A stretch of DNA of 64,000 nt. Source: Syncephalis fuscata S228 (Eukaryota; Fungi; Zoopagomycota). Positions 26,868 through 39,191 of this stretch are shown in pieces. Position numbers and translations under genes: made by a program. A model generated the notes under the pieces. That model made no database searches. It worked only from the letters and a program-made list of their open reading frames with translations, and was not told where the DNA came from. The stretch lies in assembly GCA_025786725.1 (NCBI GenBank), contig JAHLTZ010000012.1:372001-436000 (forward strand). The letters run 5' to 3'. The number at the start of each line of letters is the position of its first letter. Positions within the stretch are counted from its first letter, which is position 1.

Positions 26868-28928
26868 ATGACTTTGAGTGCCAACAGTCATTGCATATGG
26901 CAAACCTATGACATCTTACTGTACTTGTATTACTTTATGGAAGTTCAAGAACTGGTACTCTTTGCCGCCAGCTGTCGATTTATCTACCAGACTATAGTTA
27001 ACCGACCTGATTATTGGGAACGACAATATAGGCAAACATTTCCACTAGGTGATCGACGAGAACAAGAATGGCTTACATGGTATAACTGGCATATTAGTAC
27101 GATGGTAAAATTAAGAGAATCTACACCCGATGTAAATCATAAAAACCAAAAACACTTATTACCATCTACCTCTACCACTGCCGCTGACGAAGATAATGAA
27201 TATACATCATTTATTAATGACATATCATTGTTTTATAATTTTGATGCAACTCAATGGTTTTATGCTTACCAACGGCGTCGGCAAACTAGTCGTAACTTTA
27301 TGACAGGCCAATTCAAAAAGCGGGTATGCCAATTACCAGCTAATGGATCCATTCATCTGGAGCTAGTCAGTGTAAATCCCTGGCACGCGCTAGTGCAGGA
27401 CATAAGAAGATCAAAGGTCTGGTTAATTCAGCATGATGTAGTTAACAAACAAAACGAACATAGTAACAAAGAATTGACTTGGAAGGAATTAACTATTTCA
27501 TCGCCACTTTTATTTAAAGATGTTTCTATTGAAAAAACTTATAAAACAAATCAATTTGTTGTGGCTAGTATTTATACAATAGCATACGATAATGTAAAGC
27601 CAGTGGACTTTGACGATCCAACAGGTAACTAATATTACCAAAACTAATAACTATATCGAGCATTTACTAATACTATTTACAATAGTTAATTTGTCTGAAA
27701 TGGAAGCTCAATACATTAGAGAAAATGTATCTAAAGAGTCTACTATTTTAGATAAATTGGCCATTTTCTCCCCAAGTTCTGCATTTCAAAGGAAATAAGA
27801 ATGAATAATAGACCTGCCATGGCAGTATGGCCTGTTACTGGCAATTCAAACCCCATATTATTCAACTAGAACCACACAAAGATAACTACATGGAAGTAAA
27901 AGATCCATATTATTCGTATCACATTTATAATGATGGATGCTTTTAAACGCACAGACTCTGGCAGAAGATTACTATACAACCTATTTAATTTATCCAAATG
28001 GAAATCAATTGATAAAAGGTCCAACATTGACTAGCTTTACATCACGCACTTGCATTCAGTTTGCTTCCAAGATCAATGCCAATTTTTGACATGGGAAATG
28101 TTTGTTTTTGTAGAAACTGATCCTGACTTTACAAATATCTATACTCAAGATTCACAAATTATTGACAGCGACAACGGATTACTAAAGGTCCAATGGGAGC
28201 TATTTAATGCTCACAAGGGTCAATCTCAGTGTAAAAAAATACTATCGGGTCATGTTATTGTTCCAGATCTTCCAGAGAGCAAAATTGAGGTCAAATCATA
28301 TTCAGGAAGAATATGCTTAGTAATTATAGGCGTCTATGTCAAAGGCTACAACGATGTTCTATCATATGATTACGAAGCTTCGCTATCATTGTTTATACTG
28401 GGGAAGTTTTCATCAAATGATTCGCCTCATTCAATATTCGACACTGGATATTACAACGAACAATTGCCAATTGATAGTTCTGATCAAGGACGTCTACTAT
28501 GGACTCGAACTGTAAACAATAGTTTCATTGAAGATTTGTATAGCGAGAAGCTGATTGTTGTTCAAAGCTGTCAAAAGCTTGACGTACTGGATGCTCGAGA
28601 TGGAAATCTACTACGTTCGATTACTTGTCCCTCCTATTCAAAGCTCACTCCGTTTCTTGGATCGTTATGCACAATATTTGACGAAAATCGCAAAAAAACT
28701 TGGTTTGTTGACATGTATACTGGCCTTATCTGCAACTCATCAACACATCTTACTAAAAAGCAAACCGAAAATGACAAAAAGGTCGAGTCTCTAGGCTCCA
28801 TTGAAACAACACATTTACCAGTTCCAACTGAGGATGAAACGTTGGAATGTTCTGAATATTGTGCATCAAGTGTTGTTATTGGTCGACTTGACGTGAAAAA
28901 TGGAGTTTACGAAACATATATGCTATAA
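26868..28928 (+). CDS. F-box-like protein paralog 1; intron ~27624-27684, several frameshifts ~27790-28040 (pseudogene or assembly errors)
   Basis: N-terminal DILLYLYYFMEVQELVLFAASCRFIYQ...W is F-box-like. The C-terminal beta-rich ORF 28050-28928 is homologous to 30905-32131. Confidence 0.65.
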
Positions 28929-30071
28929 ATAAAGTAGCTTATTTGCAAACATTTAGTACAAATAACTTGAACATTACATGTATCAAATATGCACGTCAAA
29001 TAAATTATTACATATTGAGTAATTGTCTAATGTTTTAAATTGTGTAAATTATTAATACTATGTATATAAACATTTCAAACAGTAATAACAACATATTAAA
29101 TATTTAATGCTTTAAATTGTGTATAATCGCCAATACTATACATTGGGTAATTTCAAATAGTAGTTAAATAGTGTTATATTATGATGATTGGTGCTGTAGC
29201 AGTGAATACTGATATTGCCCATCATGTTAAATAAATGTATTACTATAAGATAAATATTAACTTAATATGCTGTATAGAAATATATGGTATGCATATATTA
29301 TAAAAGTATTATATTGCACTTTTGGCTACTTGGGAATAGAGACAGAGTATAATATAGGTAGTCTATTCATTATTTATTTATTTCTGCTATTGTTATTACC
29401 TATGTTGTGTATCATTTCGTGCTATAATACATTTGTTAATGTTAATATTTAGCGTAATTTGATGGTCAAATGGCTATATTTAATAATATTCACACAACTT
29501 AAACCAAACATTATTTTTATTGCATATAAACCAGATGATGAATGACATCAATTATCAAATACTCATTATTGTATATTTATTATCCAATATGCATATATCC
29601 AATGCCCATCCATACCTTTATTTACAATCATTTATTACTATTTAACATACGCATTGTTATGAACATAATTAATATGAATATTATGCACGCCATTTTATAC
29701 TATATTGTTTTATTTACTATTGATACTGAAAATATAGTTGCAAATTATTACTTTCAAAGCTTTTGCAAATTGCATATATGTTATTATGTATTATGATATT
29801 TATGAACAATGGAATGTTTAAATTGTCATACTTTTTTTAAAATATGTCAGCGCATAATGCAGCTACTGCAGTTTTTAAAGGGGAATAAAGTTACAGACAA
29901 ATATACGAAATCGTGTACTCATTGTTACTGTAAATAGAATAAACAGTCCAAAGTTGTGTATGGTCTTTTCTTTCTACTCTTAAACAAAAAAACTTTTTCT
30001 TTCTATTCACGTCTATTATAATTCATTTTGTTTATCACGTATTAATTTAACGCTGCCATTTCTATTCAAAC

Positions 30072-32131
30072 ATGCCTTTGAATATTGATAGTCAACGCAT
30101 ATGGCAAAACTATGATGTTATACTGTATTTGTGTCGTTTCATGGAAGGTCAGGAACTGGTACTCTTTGCCACCAGCTGTCGATTTATCTATCAGAGTATA
30201 GTTGAGCGATTTGGTTATTGGGAACGACAATATAGACAAGCTTTTCACTAGGCGATCAGAAAGAACAAGAATGGCTTACATGGTATATCTGGCATACCAA
30301 TGCTATAGCAAAATCGAGTGAATCTACATTAGATGCTAATAAGAAAAAGCGAAAGCGCTCATTATCACCTACCATTACAACCAACGACATCAAAGATTAT
30401 GAATGCACACTACCTGATATTTGTATATCGGCCATTTTTGATTTTGACGCTGCACAATGGTTTTATGCATATCAACGTCGCCGCCAAACTGATCGTAATT
30501 TTATGGCTGGTCAGTTTAAAAAGCGAAAGTGCGAATTACCACTTAACAGATGCACGCAACTTAAGCTGATCAGTGTAAATCCATGGAATGCATTGATGAA
30601 AAACAGGCGAGAAATGAGCATGTGGGTAATTCGACATGGTGTTTTTAGCAAACAAAATGAGCAAAGCAACAAGGATTAGCTTGGAAGGAATTAACGATTT
30701 CATCTTCAGCTTTATTTGAGGGTAATCACCGAATCGATGTTATCTATGGAACACATCAATATGTTGTGGCTCAGGTTTTCTTGCCTACATATAACGACGT
30801 AAAGGCTGTCTGTATTGGCGATCCAATAAGTAACTAATAATTACAAACGCTAGTAACTGTGTTGAAATTTACTAATTTTATTAATAATAGTTCGTTTAAC
30901 TGAAATGGAGGCACGGTATATTAAAGACCTTAAATTTAACATATCTAATAGTTCAGATAAACACTACAAGTATTCGGCCACAGAATATTTAAAGAAGCGA
31001 TTTATTATTTTGCGAAAGGCTCTTGTAGTATGGCGTATCAACGGGGATTCATCTCCCGCTATTCTTTATCTTGAAAATACACATAAAGACAACGACTCAA
31101 ACGGGCTACCTTGCCCAATATCCATTCACAATGATTGGATGTTTTACCGAACTGCATGGGGAGACAACCCGCGTTTTGAGGCTGGTTTAGTTCATTTAGA
31201 TAAGAGCCAATGGGTAAAAGGCCCAAGATTAAGCAAGCACCATTCCTTTCCCTGTATCCAGTTTACTTCTCGCGACCAATGTCAATTTATAACACTGAGA
31301 AAAACACATAAATCTGTACAAGACATCAAAACCTCCGCATCTGATGCTACTCAAGGCTTACAAACTACTGGTGATGAAATTCAAACAATGTGTCTCCAAT
31401 GGGATATATTTGATGCGCGAAAGGGCCGATCTCAATGTAAAAAAATACTATCAGGTCAAATTGCCATTCCATACTGTCCGAACACTGTAACTAGTACCAA
31501 GATGTATACGGAAAAAATGTGTTTAATCATTGCATGGGATGGGAAAGGCTATCGCAGTCGCATTCCCGGTGAAGCATTTGACGCTTCATTATCGTTATTT
31601 GCATTAGATAAGTTTTCGCCAACTGCTTCGCCACAATCAATATTCGACGCCAGAGATTACGGCCAATTACTGCCAATCGACGGTTGTGACCAAGGACATG
31701 TAATATGGAGCCGGCCTATAAGCCACTTTCAAATTAAAGGGCTATACAGAGAAAAGCTGATTGTTGTTCAGAACGACAAGACATTTGATGTACTGGATGC
31801 TTGCAATGGCAATCTATTGCGTTCAGTCACTTATCCAATCGACTTGGTACCAACTCCCTTTCTTGGATCTTTATGTCTGATGTTTAGTAATGACTACAAA
31901 GAAAGCTGGTTTGTTGATGTGCGCACGGGCTGTACCTACAAACCACCGCTTTGTCTCGCTAACAACCGGTTTGATAATAATGCAAGAAATATGCCTACAG
32001 GCGCTATCGAAACACCACCACCAGCCCCAAGTGAATACGTGCATTCCGAGCCTTCACGATATCTAGTATCAAATGTCATTATTGGTCAAATTAGCGCGAG
32101 AGGTGGATCATACGAAGCATTTATGTTATAA
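30072..32131 (+). pseudogene. F-box-like protein paralog 2; 5' exon disrupted, 3' exon (408 aa) intact
   Basis: 30072-30830 is colinear with 26868-27623 but has indels and a stop. The 3' ORF shares KG.SQCKKILSG, ASLSLF.L.KFS, EKLIVVQ and LDA..GNLLRS with paralog 1. Confidence 0.65.
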
Positions 32132-32815
32132 AGTATTTATTGCAAACATTTAATGCAAATCATTTGAATAGTACATGTATTAAGTATTCAAACCAACTAG
32201 ATTATTACATATTAAGTAATTAGAGTGTTTTAAACTGTGTAAACTATCAAAATAATGGATTTAGACATGTTCATATTAGTAATTAAGCGGTTTTAAATGT
32301 AATATGTTTATTGCCATTTTTATTATTATCAATGGCGATTATTAAAGCGAATCGTGTCACATTCTTTCTCGTAGTACTAGTAAGCTCCCCTTTTTCTCCT
32401 CTTATTCCACAGGTGTCTTATCCCCCTGCTACTTTGTTCTTTATCTAGTCTTTTCTCTAAAAAATTCGACTTACTAAGTATAAAGTCGATCATATCGCAT
32501 AGTTGACCGGTTTACCTGTGTGTGTGTGTGTCTATATACCATTTTGTTCTCTATCTCGTGGGCGTGTACGTATATGTGTGTGCATGTGTGAGTTGCAGCT
32601 ACGACGCCGACGCACCACCACCACTAAAACAATAGCAGCAGTAACAGCAGCAGTAAAACAGCAGTAAAAAGAGACTCGTTTGTTACGTCACCTTGTTTAA
32701 CTACCTTTGATCGTTTTCTCCACCACTGTTCTAGGCTGCTACTACCAGTTACTGCTACATCTGTGTGCGCACCTTTTAGTGTATTCCAACTTGCCAGTTT
32801 ACTCTTTCTTGCCTC

Positions 32816-34249
32816 ATGGCAGAATCTAACGACAGTTTCGACTTATTTGCCGAGGCAAGTCGAGATCGTGAATGGCAATTTCAAGACGAAGGTAGCCGTG
32901 ATTTAAAACGAACCTCAGGTGTCATCACGCCAGATGCCAAAGAGCTATGCACTAAAAAGCTTAATACATTCACCGAGGAGGACTATTCCTCGGACGAAGC
33001 TCCGACCGAACGACGTAAAAGACAGCAACAGCAGCAATCAGTTTCATTAATATCCTCTTCGTTGCCTTCTAACAATGATACTTTATTCGCAACTGTAAAC
33101 CAACATAGCCATAATACTAAAACTGATATACCATCTACTTCTTCAAAAACGACGGCTACCACGATGACAACGGCCAGTCATTCAAATCAACAGTCTCCTT
33201 CCCATCAGCACGTAGTTCACAGTGGCACTACTAATGTTAATACTAACACATCAATATCAACCGCCACCAGTCATATCACTTCTACTTCTAGTAAAGGTGT
33301 AGATGAGTCCAAAGATATGTTAGCACCAGTAGCTATTAGTGTTTACAATTCAAATCAGTTGCCTCAAGTATCACCGACCGCTACAACTGCCACTGCGTAT
33401 AACGAAACAACTACAACTACACAGCAAGTATCAAATAAGAATGAGCACAACAATAGTAACAAGAGCGATAATAATAGTAATGAAGATAGTAAAAACAACA
33501 ACGACGAAGATGAAGACGATAAAGACGAGACGGCATCATGTGCCAGCTCGACACCAACAGAAATTGTAGATTATGAATCACATCCAGCGTCTATGGAAGT
33601 GTCGTCAACTAGCAATAATAACGATAATAATAGCGGTGATAGCAGTATTAGCACACTTGATCGTATTCGTCATGTGGCCGAATCCATCACTGCTGCATTG
33701 AGGCCCAAAGTATTTCCTAGTAAGTAATATGAACTTTGGCTTATATATTACTTTACTAACAAATCAGTAATATAACATTTATTATTGAATTAATCACAGA
33801 ATTCTTTGTTCGTGATTTTGCTTATCCAGATAATGATCCACGACACAAAGGCATCTATCCACGTCCTGTGTCTGCTTATCGGTCAGTTGCCAATCTATTC
33901 TCATTGAATGACAATTGGGAGAATGACACTGGAGAATGACCAGACAATAACGGCCGAAGATAATGCCATGATAGCGGCGTTTAATGCACGGCCAACATCA
34001 TCCAGTTCGACATCTTCATCGACTGATAAGGAAAAGGGTAGTCGTATAGATGATAGCCGCGATGAATATACTGGACCTGCCAAAGCGATACATGACTTTT
34101 ACGCCGAAGATCCTAAAGATGTATTGTTTAAAGCTGGCGAGGAATGTTGGATTGATCGTCAGTTATCTCGCGGTGTTTTATTAACAGTTAAAAATGGACA
34201 GCGTTGTCATGTGCGAGAAAGCCATTTGGAATTTACTAATCATGAATAG
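32816..34249 (+). CDS. Nbp2-like adaptor with a degenerate C-terminal SH3 domain; intron 33720-33799, apparent frameshift near 33930
   Basis: Exon 2 encodes VRDFAYPDNDPRHKG, resembling the Nbp2 pre-SH3 motif. It is followed by SH3-like AKAIHDFYAEDPKDVLFKAGEECWI. The N-terminus is low complexity. Confidence 0.6.
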
Positions 34250-34659
34250 CTTTATTATAACAAGTAAAAAGAAGAAGGATCACAATAACAACAATAACAA
34301 CGATGACGATGATAACAGCATTGTTTTTAGTAGATGGATCGTCTCGTAATACATACTTACCTATATCGACCCTTTTTGTTAAGGGAATTGTAATTAATGG
34401 TTGCTTTATTATTACTATCATTCGATCAGTACATGTTTGTGTTTGTGTGTTAAAATGTATTCATTATAGAATAGTGTTGGTAAATATGAATCATATTTTG
34501 AGTAGTATGTTGTTAATATTAGTTACTTATTTTTACCAAAGTGTTCTACTATTTACATCATTATTATAACATGATACTGCACATAATAATAATAGTATAC
34601 ACGTTAGTTCTATAATCAGTTATTAATGTTTATCCAATGAATAAAATATCATGGCGCAG

Positions 34660-35079
34660 TTAAAGCGTTTTTTCTTTTTGTATTTCAAGTATATTGCCAA
34701 CAACCTTGAATCCTGGTGAGGCGGGTGTTTTTGGTCGACGTGGCTTATGTGCTTTTTCATAAGCTGTTACATCTTCTGGTGTTGCATGTTCTATCTGCAC
34801 TACTTCCTTTAAGCGTAGCACTGAACCGGCAACACCGGGTGTTACGCGTTGAAATACAGTTCTGCCGCGTTTTGTTAAGCCTAATCCATAAGCCACTCGG
34901 TATAATTTGCGATTAAGTCCGATCAATGAGCGGGCTAGTGTAATCTTGATAAATGACGGCTCAGTAATCGTGGTTTTTGTTGCTGCTGCTGCTTTTGTTG
35001 GTAATGACGTGGCATTCGTACTGGCCAGACGCAATGACCGAGCAGCCGTCAAAGTTAGACCGCGTAGTGGTGATAACAT
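34660..35079 (-). CDS. MRPL33: Mitochondrial ribosomal protein uL30m
   Basis: Arg/Ser/Leu-rich targeting peptide, then the L30 domain FIKITLARSLIGL...LGLTKRGRTV...GSVLRLKEVV. Confidence 0.88.
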   Translation of the reverse strand: MLSPLRGLTLTAARSLRLASTNATSLPTKAAAATKTTITEPSFIKITLARSLIGLNRKLYRVAYGLGLTKRGRTVFQRVTPGVAGSVLRLKEVVQIEHATPEDVTAYEKAHKPRRPKTPASPGFKVVGNILEIQKEKTL

Positions 35080-35227
35080 ACTAGCGTAAAATTGAAAGGA
35101 AAGAATAAGCGGACAAGTGCTAAATTCATTTTCACTTTCTTTCTGTTACTTGATATTTCACATTGTCTATCTATCTATCCATATCCATATCCATATTCGT
35201 ATATGATTGCGGCTGTTTAGACACAAT

Positions 35228-37096
35228 ATGGGGAAACTAACAGCTGCTCTGGGTATTGTGCCGGCCATATTGGTCGCGGCCTACCTTGCTATGCTAGCTA
35301 TCAACGTACTGACGCTATTTAAGCCAACACTATCCATTCCTTTTGTATACGAGCTTACAGGAAGTACTGACGCGTCTGGTCGGCCATTATTGCCTGGTAA
35401 TGCTCCTTATTTGCCGGCAGACCAGTCATTTCGTATGGCATTGCGTCTGTCTACACAAGAAGAGCCAAAACGACCTGAAGATAGCGAGCATGTATGGCAA
35501 AGCAAACTATTTCAACTGGACAATGCTACAGCCTTTCCAATTGAAACAGAAGTCTCGGTAGCATTGCCAGTAAAGTATAAGAAACTGGCAGGCGATCTTT
35601 ACGCGCATATTTACCTTTATCCGATCATAGCTGGACAACAACAACAAGATGAGCAAAGTGACGAAGACATTGAAGTTGCTGATGCTCATCCAGAGTTGCA
35701 TACAGAATGGACAGTTCGTCAAACAATAAATCTTGTACGCTATCAGCCACTTATTGTTAAAGAAGACAAGTTATTGATGGCTGCTACTGACACCAAGTCA
35801 GATACAACAAAGACGAAAAAAAGTAAGAAGAATAAGAAGAATAAGAAGAAGTCAGAGACGACAGACTCTGAGGTACCAGTGCCTCATTGGGTACCGCGTA
35901 TTCAAATAGATCTATTAAACGATCGAACTGAATATCCACGCAATGCTGTGCCATCTGACATTCATAATTATATGTTATGGGTACGCTATAAAGACTCGTA
36001 TGCCTATTTACCGATTATGTCACCGAATCCATTATTGCTTGGGCCAGATGATTTAATACCACTAGAGAAGGATGGAAAGGCAGCGACACCGCAAACACTT
36101 AAATTACGTGTTGCTCTTACGTCACTTGGCTGGTTTCGTATTAGTCGAATTATGTGGTCGACACTACAAGCGGCCAATGGCAAGGGCGATGGACCATCGA
36201 TTGGATTTCGTTTATCTGATGGCGATGTTGAACAGTTCCGTCAAATGATTGCTAATACTGATCCGTTATTACTGCTGGCCACTATTGTTGCTTCTGTACT
36301 TCATTTGCTATTTGAATGGTTAGCATTTAAAGAAGATGTGGCTCATTGGAGTAAACTAAAAAATACAGCCGGTGTTTCTAAAATGGCTGTCGTTCTTGAA
36401 ATGGTCTCACGATGTGTAGCAGTTTTATTCCTTTGGGAGAGACGTAAAGATACAAGCATGATTATTATTGGTGGTGCTTGCGTGACAGCAGCCAGTAAGT
36501 ACTAGCAAATTTTAATGAGTAAATAGATGGCTAATTTATTATAAATAGGTGAAGTTTGGAAGGTATATCGTGTATTAAACGCGCCGCCCGCAACCGTATC
36601 AACGACTACTTTCGAGAAACAAAAAGTTACAAAGGATAGCACTACTAATACCACTAATACTAGTGAATTACAAATTACGGAAGCAGAACGGGTTAGCCGT
36701 GAAGCTGATCGACAATGTAGACGTACTATTGGCATGGCATGTATTCCATTAATGATGGGATATGCTGCTTGGTCGCTTTTCTACTTAAAACATACAAGCT
36801 TCCGTGCTTGGGCCATTGATGCACTTATGGCCGCCATGTATTTACTGGGATTTATTACACTGACACCGCAGCTGTTCTTAAATTATCGACTTCGATCAGT
36901 GGCCGCCATGCCACTACGCGTCTTCCTTTACCGGGCCCTTAATACATTTGTAGATGATTTATTTGCTCTAGTTATTCCTATGCCAAACATGACGCGTATT
37001 GCCGCATTCCGTGATGATATTGTATTTTTCATATTATTATGGCAATGGTGGCGTTATCCTTCACGAAAGGAGACGGAAAAGTTAAAGGAAGAATAA
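35228..37096 (+). CDS. CLPTM1-family membrane protein; intron 36495-36548
   Basis: Motifs PVPHW.P, T.P.LL..T...S.LH..FEWLAFK.D...W, EVWKV, PQLFLNYRLRSVA.MP, YRALNTFVDDLFA..IPMP...R.A.FRDDIVF.I...Q.W.Y. Confidence 0.92.
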
Positions 37097-37234
37097 ATAG
37101 GATCTATACTGATCATTTGTTAATAGTATTTTATATATTATAGTTATATACTTGAGTAAATATAAAGCTACTATTTGTTATAAAGACATACAAAATAAAT
37201 TATAATGTACTATTTATTTAAATAGAAGCTACTG

Positions 37235-38133
37235 TACTTTGACTCTCTAGCTTCAAACTGAGACAAAAAGATCCGTAATTTGAATAATAAACCGTTGATC
37301 AGTTTTTAATACTGGGAAGGGGTTTGTTGAAGCAGGCCACATCAACTCTGATTGAATTAATTAAAGTTTTGATTAATCTGCACTATTTTTAATATTAAAA
37401 TATATATTAATTAGTATTTTCATGTCGCTTACAATAAAATATAATAAATAAATAAACGTTGATTTATATTATTGTTGCCGTAAAGTATTTAAAGTATTAT
37501 AGTTTGATTATTTAATGTCACTCACCATTCAGTTCCATGTTTAGTAGAATAACAAATGTGTAGTTCAATCAAGTAAAGGATGTCAGCTTTAGTCTTTTGA
37601 CACTGGATCAAATGAGTCTATTAATTAGTATATATAAGTTATTTTACTTTTACTTCTATATTTTATTTATTTATTTCATCCTTTTACTTTTAAATACAAT
37701 TAAACACTTATTAATCACTATAACATGTATAATATTGCATCCAACGTTAATTAATTCATGTATAATTATCAGTACAATAATGTAATTAATTAGTTATCTT
37801 TATTATTGCTTTAATATATATATATTGTCATTTATGATATTTATTGTTCAAAATGCCATTTATTTAGTCAGATTGGCTATATGGGAGGTGGCTGTTTAAT
37901 AAACGACTTTATAATAATTATATTAATATTCGATCAATCTTTCTACACATGGCCAACAACAACAATTAGCTTCGTGAATTTCAAAGAAATCAAATAGTAT
38001 GTTACATTCTTTATTTAAATCAATTATTAACAACATTTAATAGAAAGTAATATAACTATGTTGCGTATAACAACGACATGCCTCGGATTGGAACGAATTG
38101 TGCTTTGGGGACTCAGATGTGGGAGTCAAAGTA
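37235..38133. mobile_element. Non-autonomous element with 11-bp TIRs; ORF-less relative of the Fanzor-bearing element at 60.4-61.6 kb
   Basis: TACTTTGACTC (37235) pairs with GAGTCAAAGTA (38123-38133). Blocks 37235-37400, 37450-37530 and 37925-38133 match ~60440-60600, ~61010-61090 and ~61345-61560. Confidence 0.75.
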
Positions 38134-38316
38134 GGATTCAGCCAGTTTCCAATTATCACTATTATTGTGTGGTGTGCATGTGTGTGTGTGTGTGGTAAAG
38201 TGGCTGGATGAGGAAAACTTGCAAAATCATTCTAAAGGCAGATATCGATTACTGGTGTCTAGCCTCCTCCTCCTCGAATCCGTCATCCTCGGCGATAGCC
38301 CCAATAGTTAGGCATC

Positions 38317-39191
38317 ATGGTGCGTATTAATAACCGGCGTATAAGGCGTTTAAAGGGTAGAGTGATGCATTGATGGACGATATAATGGATGTATTATATA
38401 GATAGATAAATAGATGGATGGATGGATGGATGGATATATAGATGGATGTACAGATGAATGAATAGTACAATGTTAAAATTGAGACGGGTAAAGCAAAGAC
38501 GACCATATATGTGTATATTCTAGTTGTTGTTTGTGTCAACAAGCTATAGTATGGACGGTAGCGTGGTGGTTGACGCAAGTCTATAAAGTTACATCATATT
38601 GAAACAGTTCAAATTCATTATTGTCTACTTGCAGAATGATTATAGAACGATAAGATGTATAATATGGTTACACTTATTATATGGGTTCTAGCATTTAGTT
38701 GTACATATTAAATATTAATGTTATTATTGTCATTATAGACCAAGGGTACCACCAGCTTTGGTAAGCGCAACATCAAGACGCACACATTGTGCCGTCGCTG
38801 CGGCCGCCGTGCATTCCACAACCAAAAGAAAGAATGCGCTCAATGCGGTTATCCAAGTGCACGCACTCGTTCCTGTAAGTTATTGTTTATACATAGACAG
38901 AAGATGCATCGCCTTAATGGCAACTGATGCAAACGGGTCTATGATATGAATCATGCTTTTGTGATGCCGTACTAATTACGCGATGCATTTTAGACAACTG
39001 GAGCGCCAAAGGTAAGCGCAGAAGCACCACCGGTACTGGTCGCATGCGCTACCTCAAGACTGTCCACCGTCGTTTCAAGAACGGTTTCCGTGAGGGTATG
39101 TATTTTATCTGCCATTGATATGCAAGAGGACAGTCATTTAACGCATTGGCTGTTTTGTTTATTTATAGGCAAGGTCACTGCCCAGGCCTAA
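38317..39191 (+). CDS. RPL37: 60S ribosomal protein eL37
   Basis: Exons 38739-38874, 38994-39095 and 39169-39191 encode [10 protein letters not shown]...CRRCG...CAQCGYP...[21 protein letters not shown]. The ATG-only first exon is tentatively placed at 38317 (ATG|GTGCGT). Confidence 0.95.

Noticed and set aside
29541-29615. ~75-bp match to ~43350-43425
   Set aside because: Real similarity, but too short to define an element or function.
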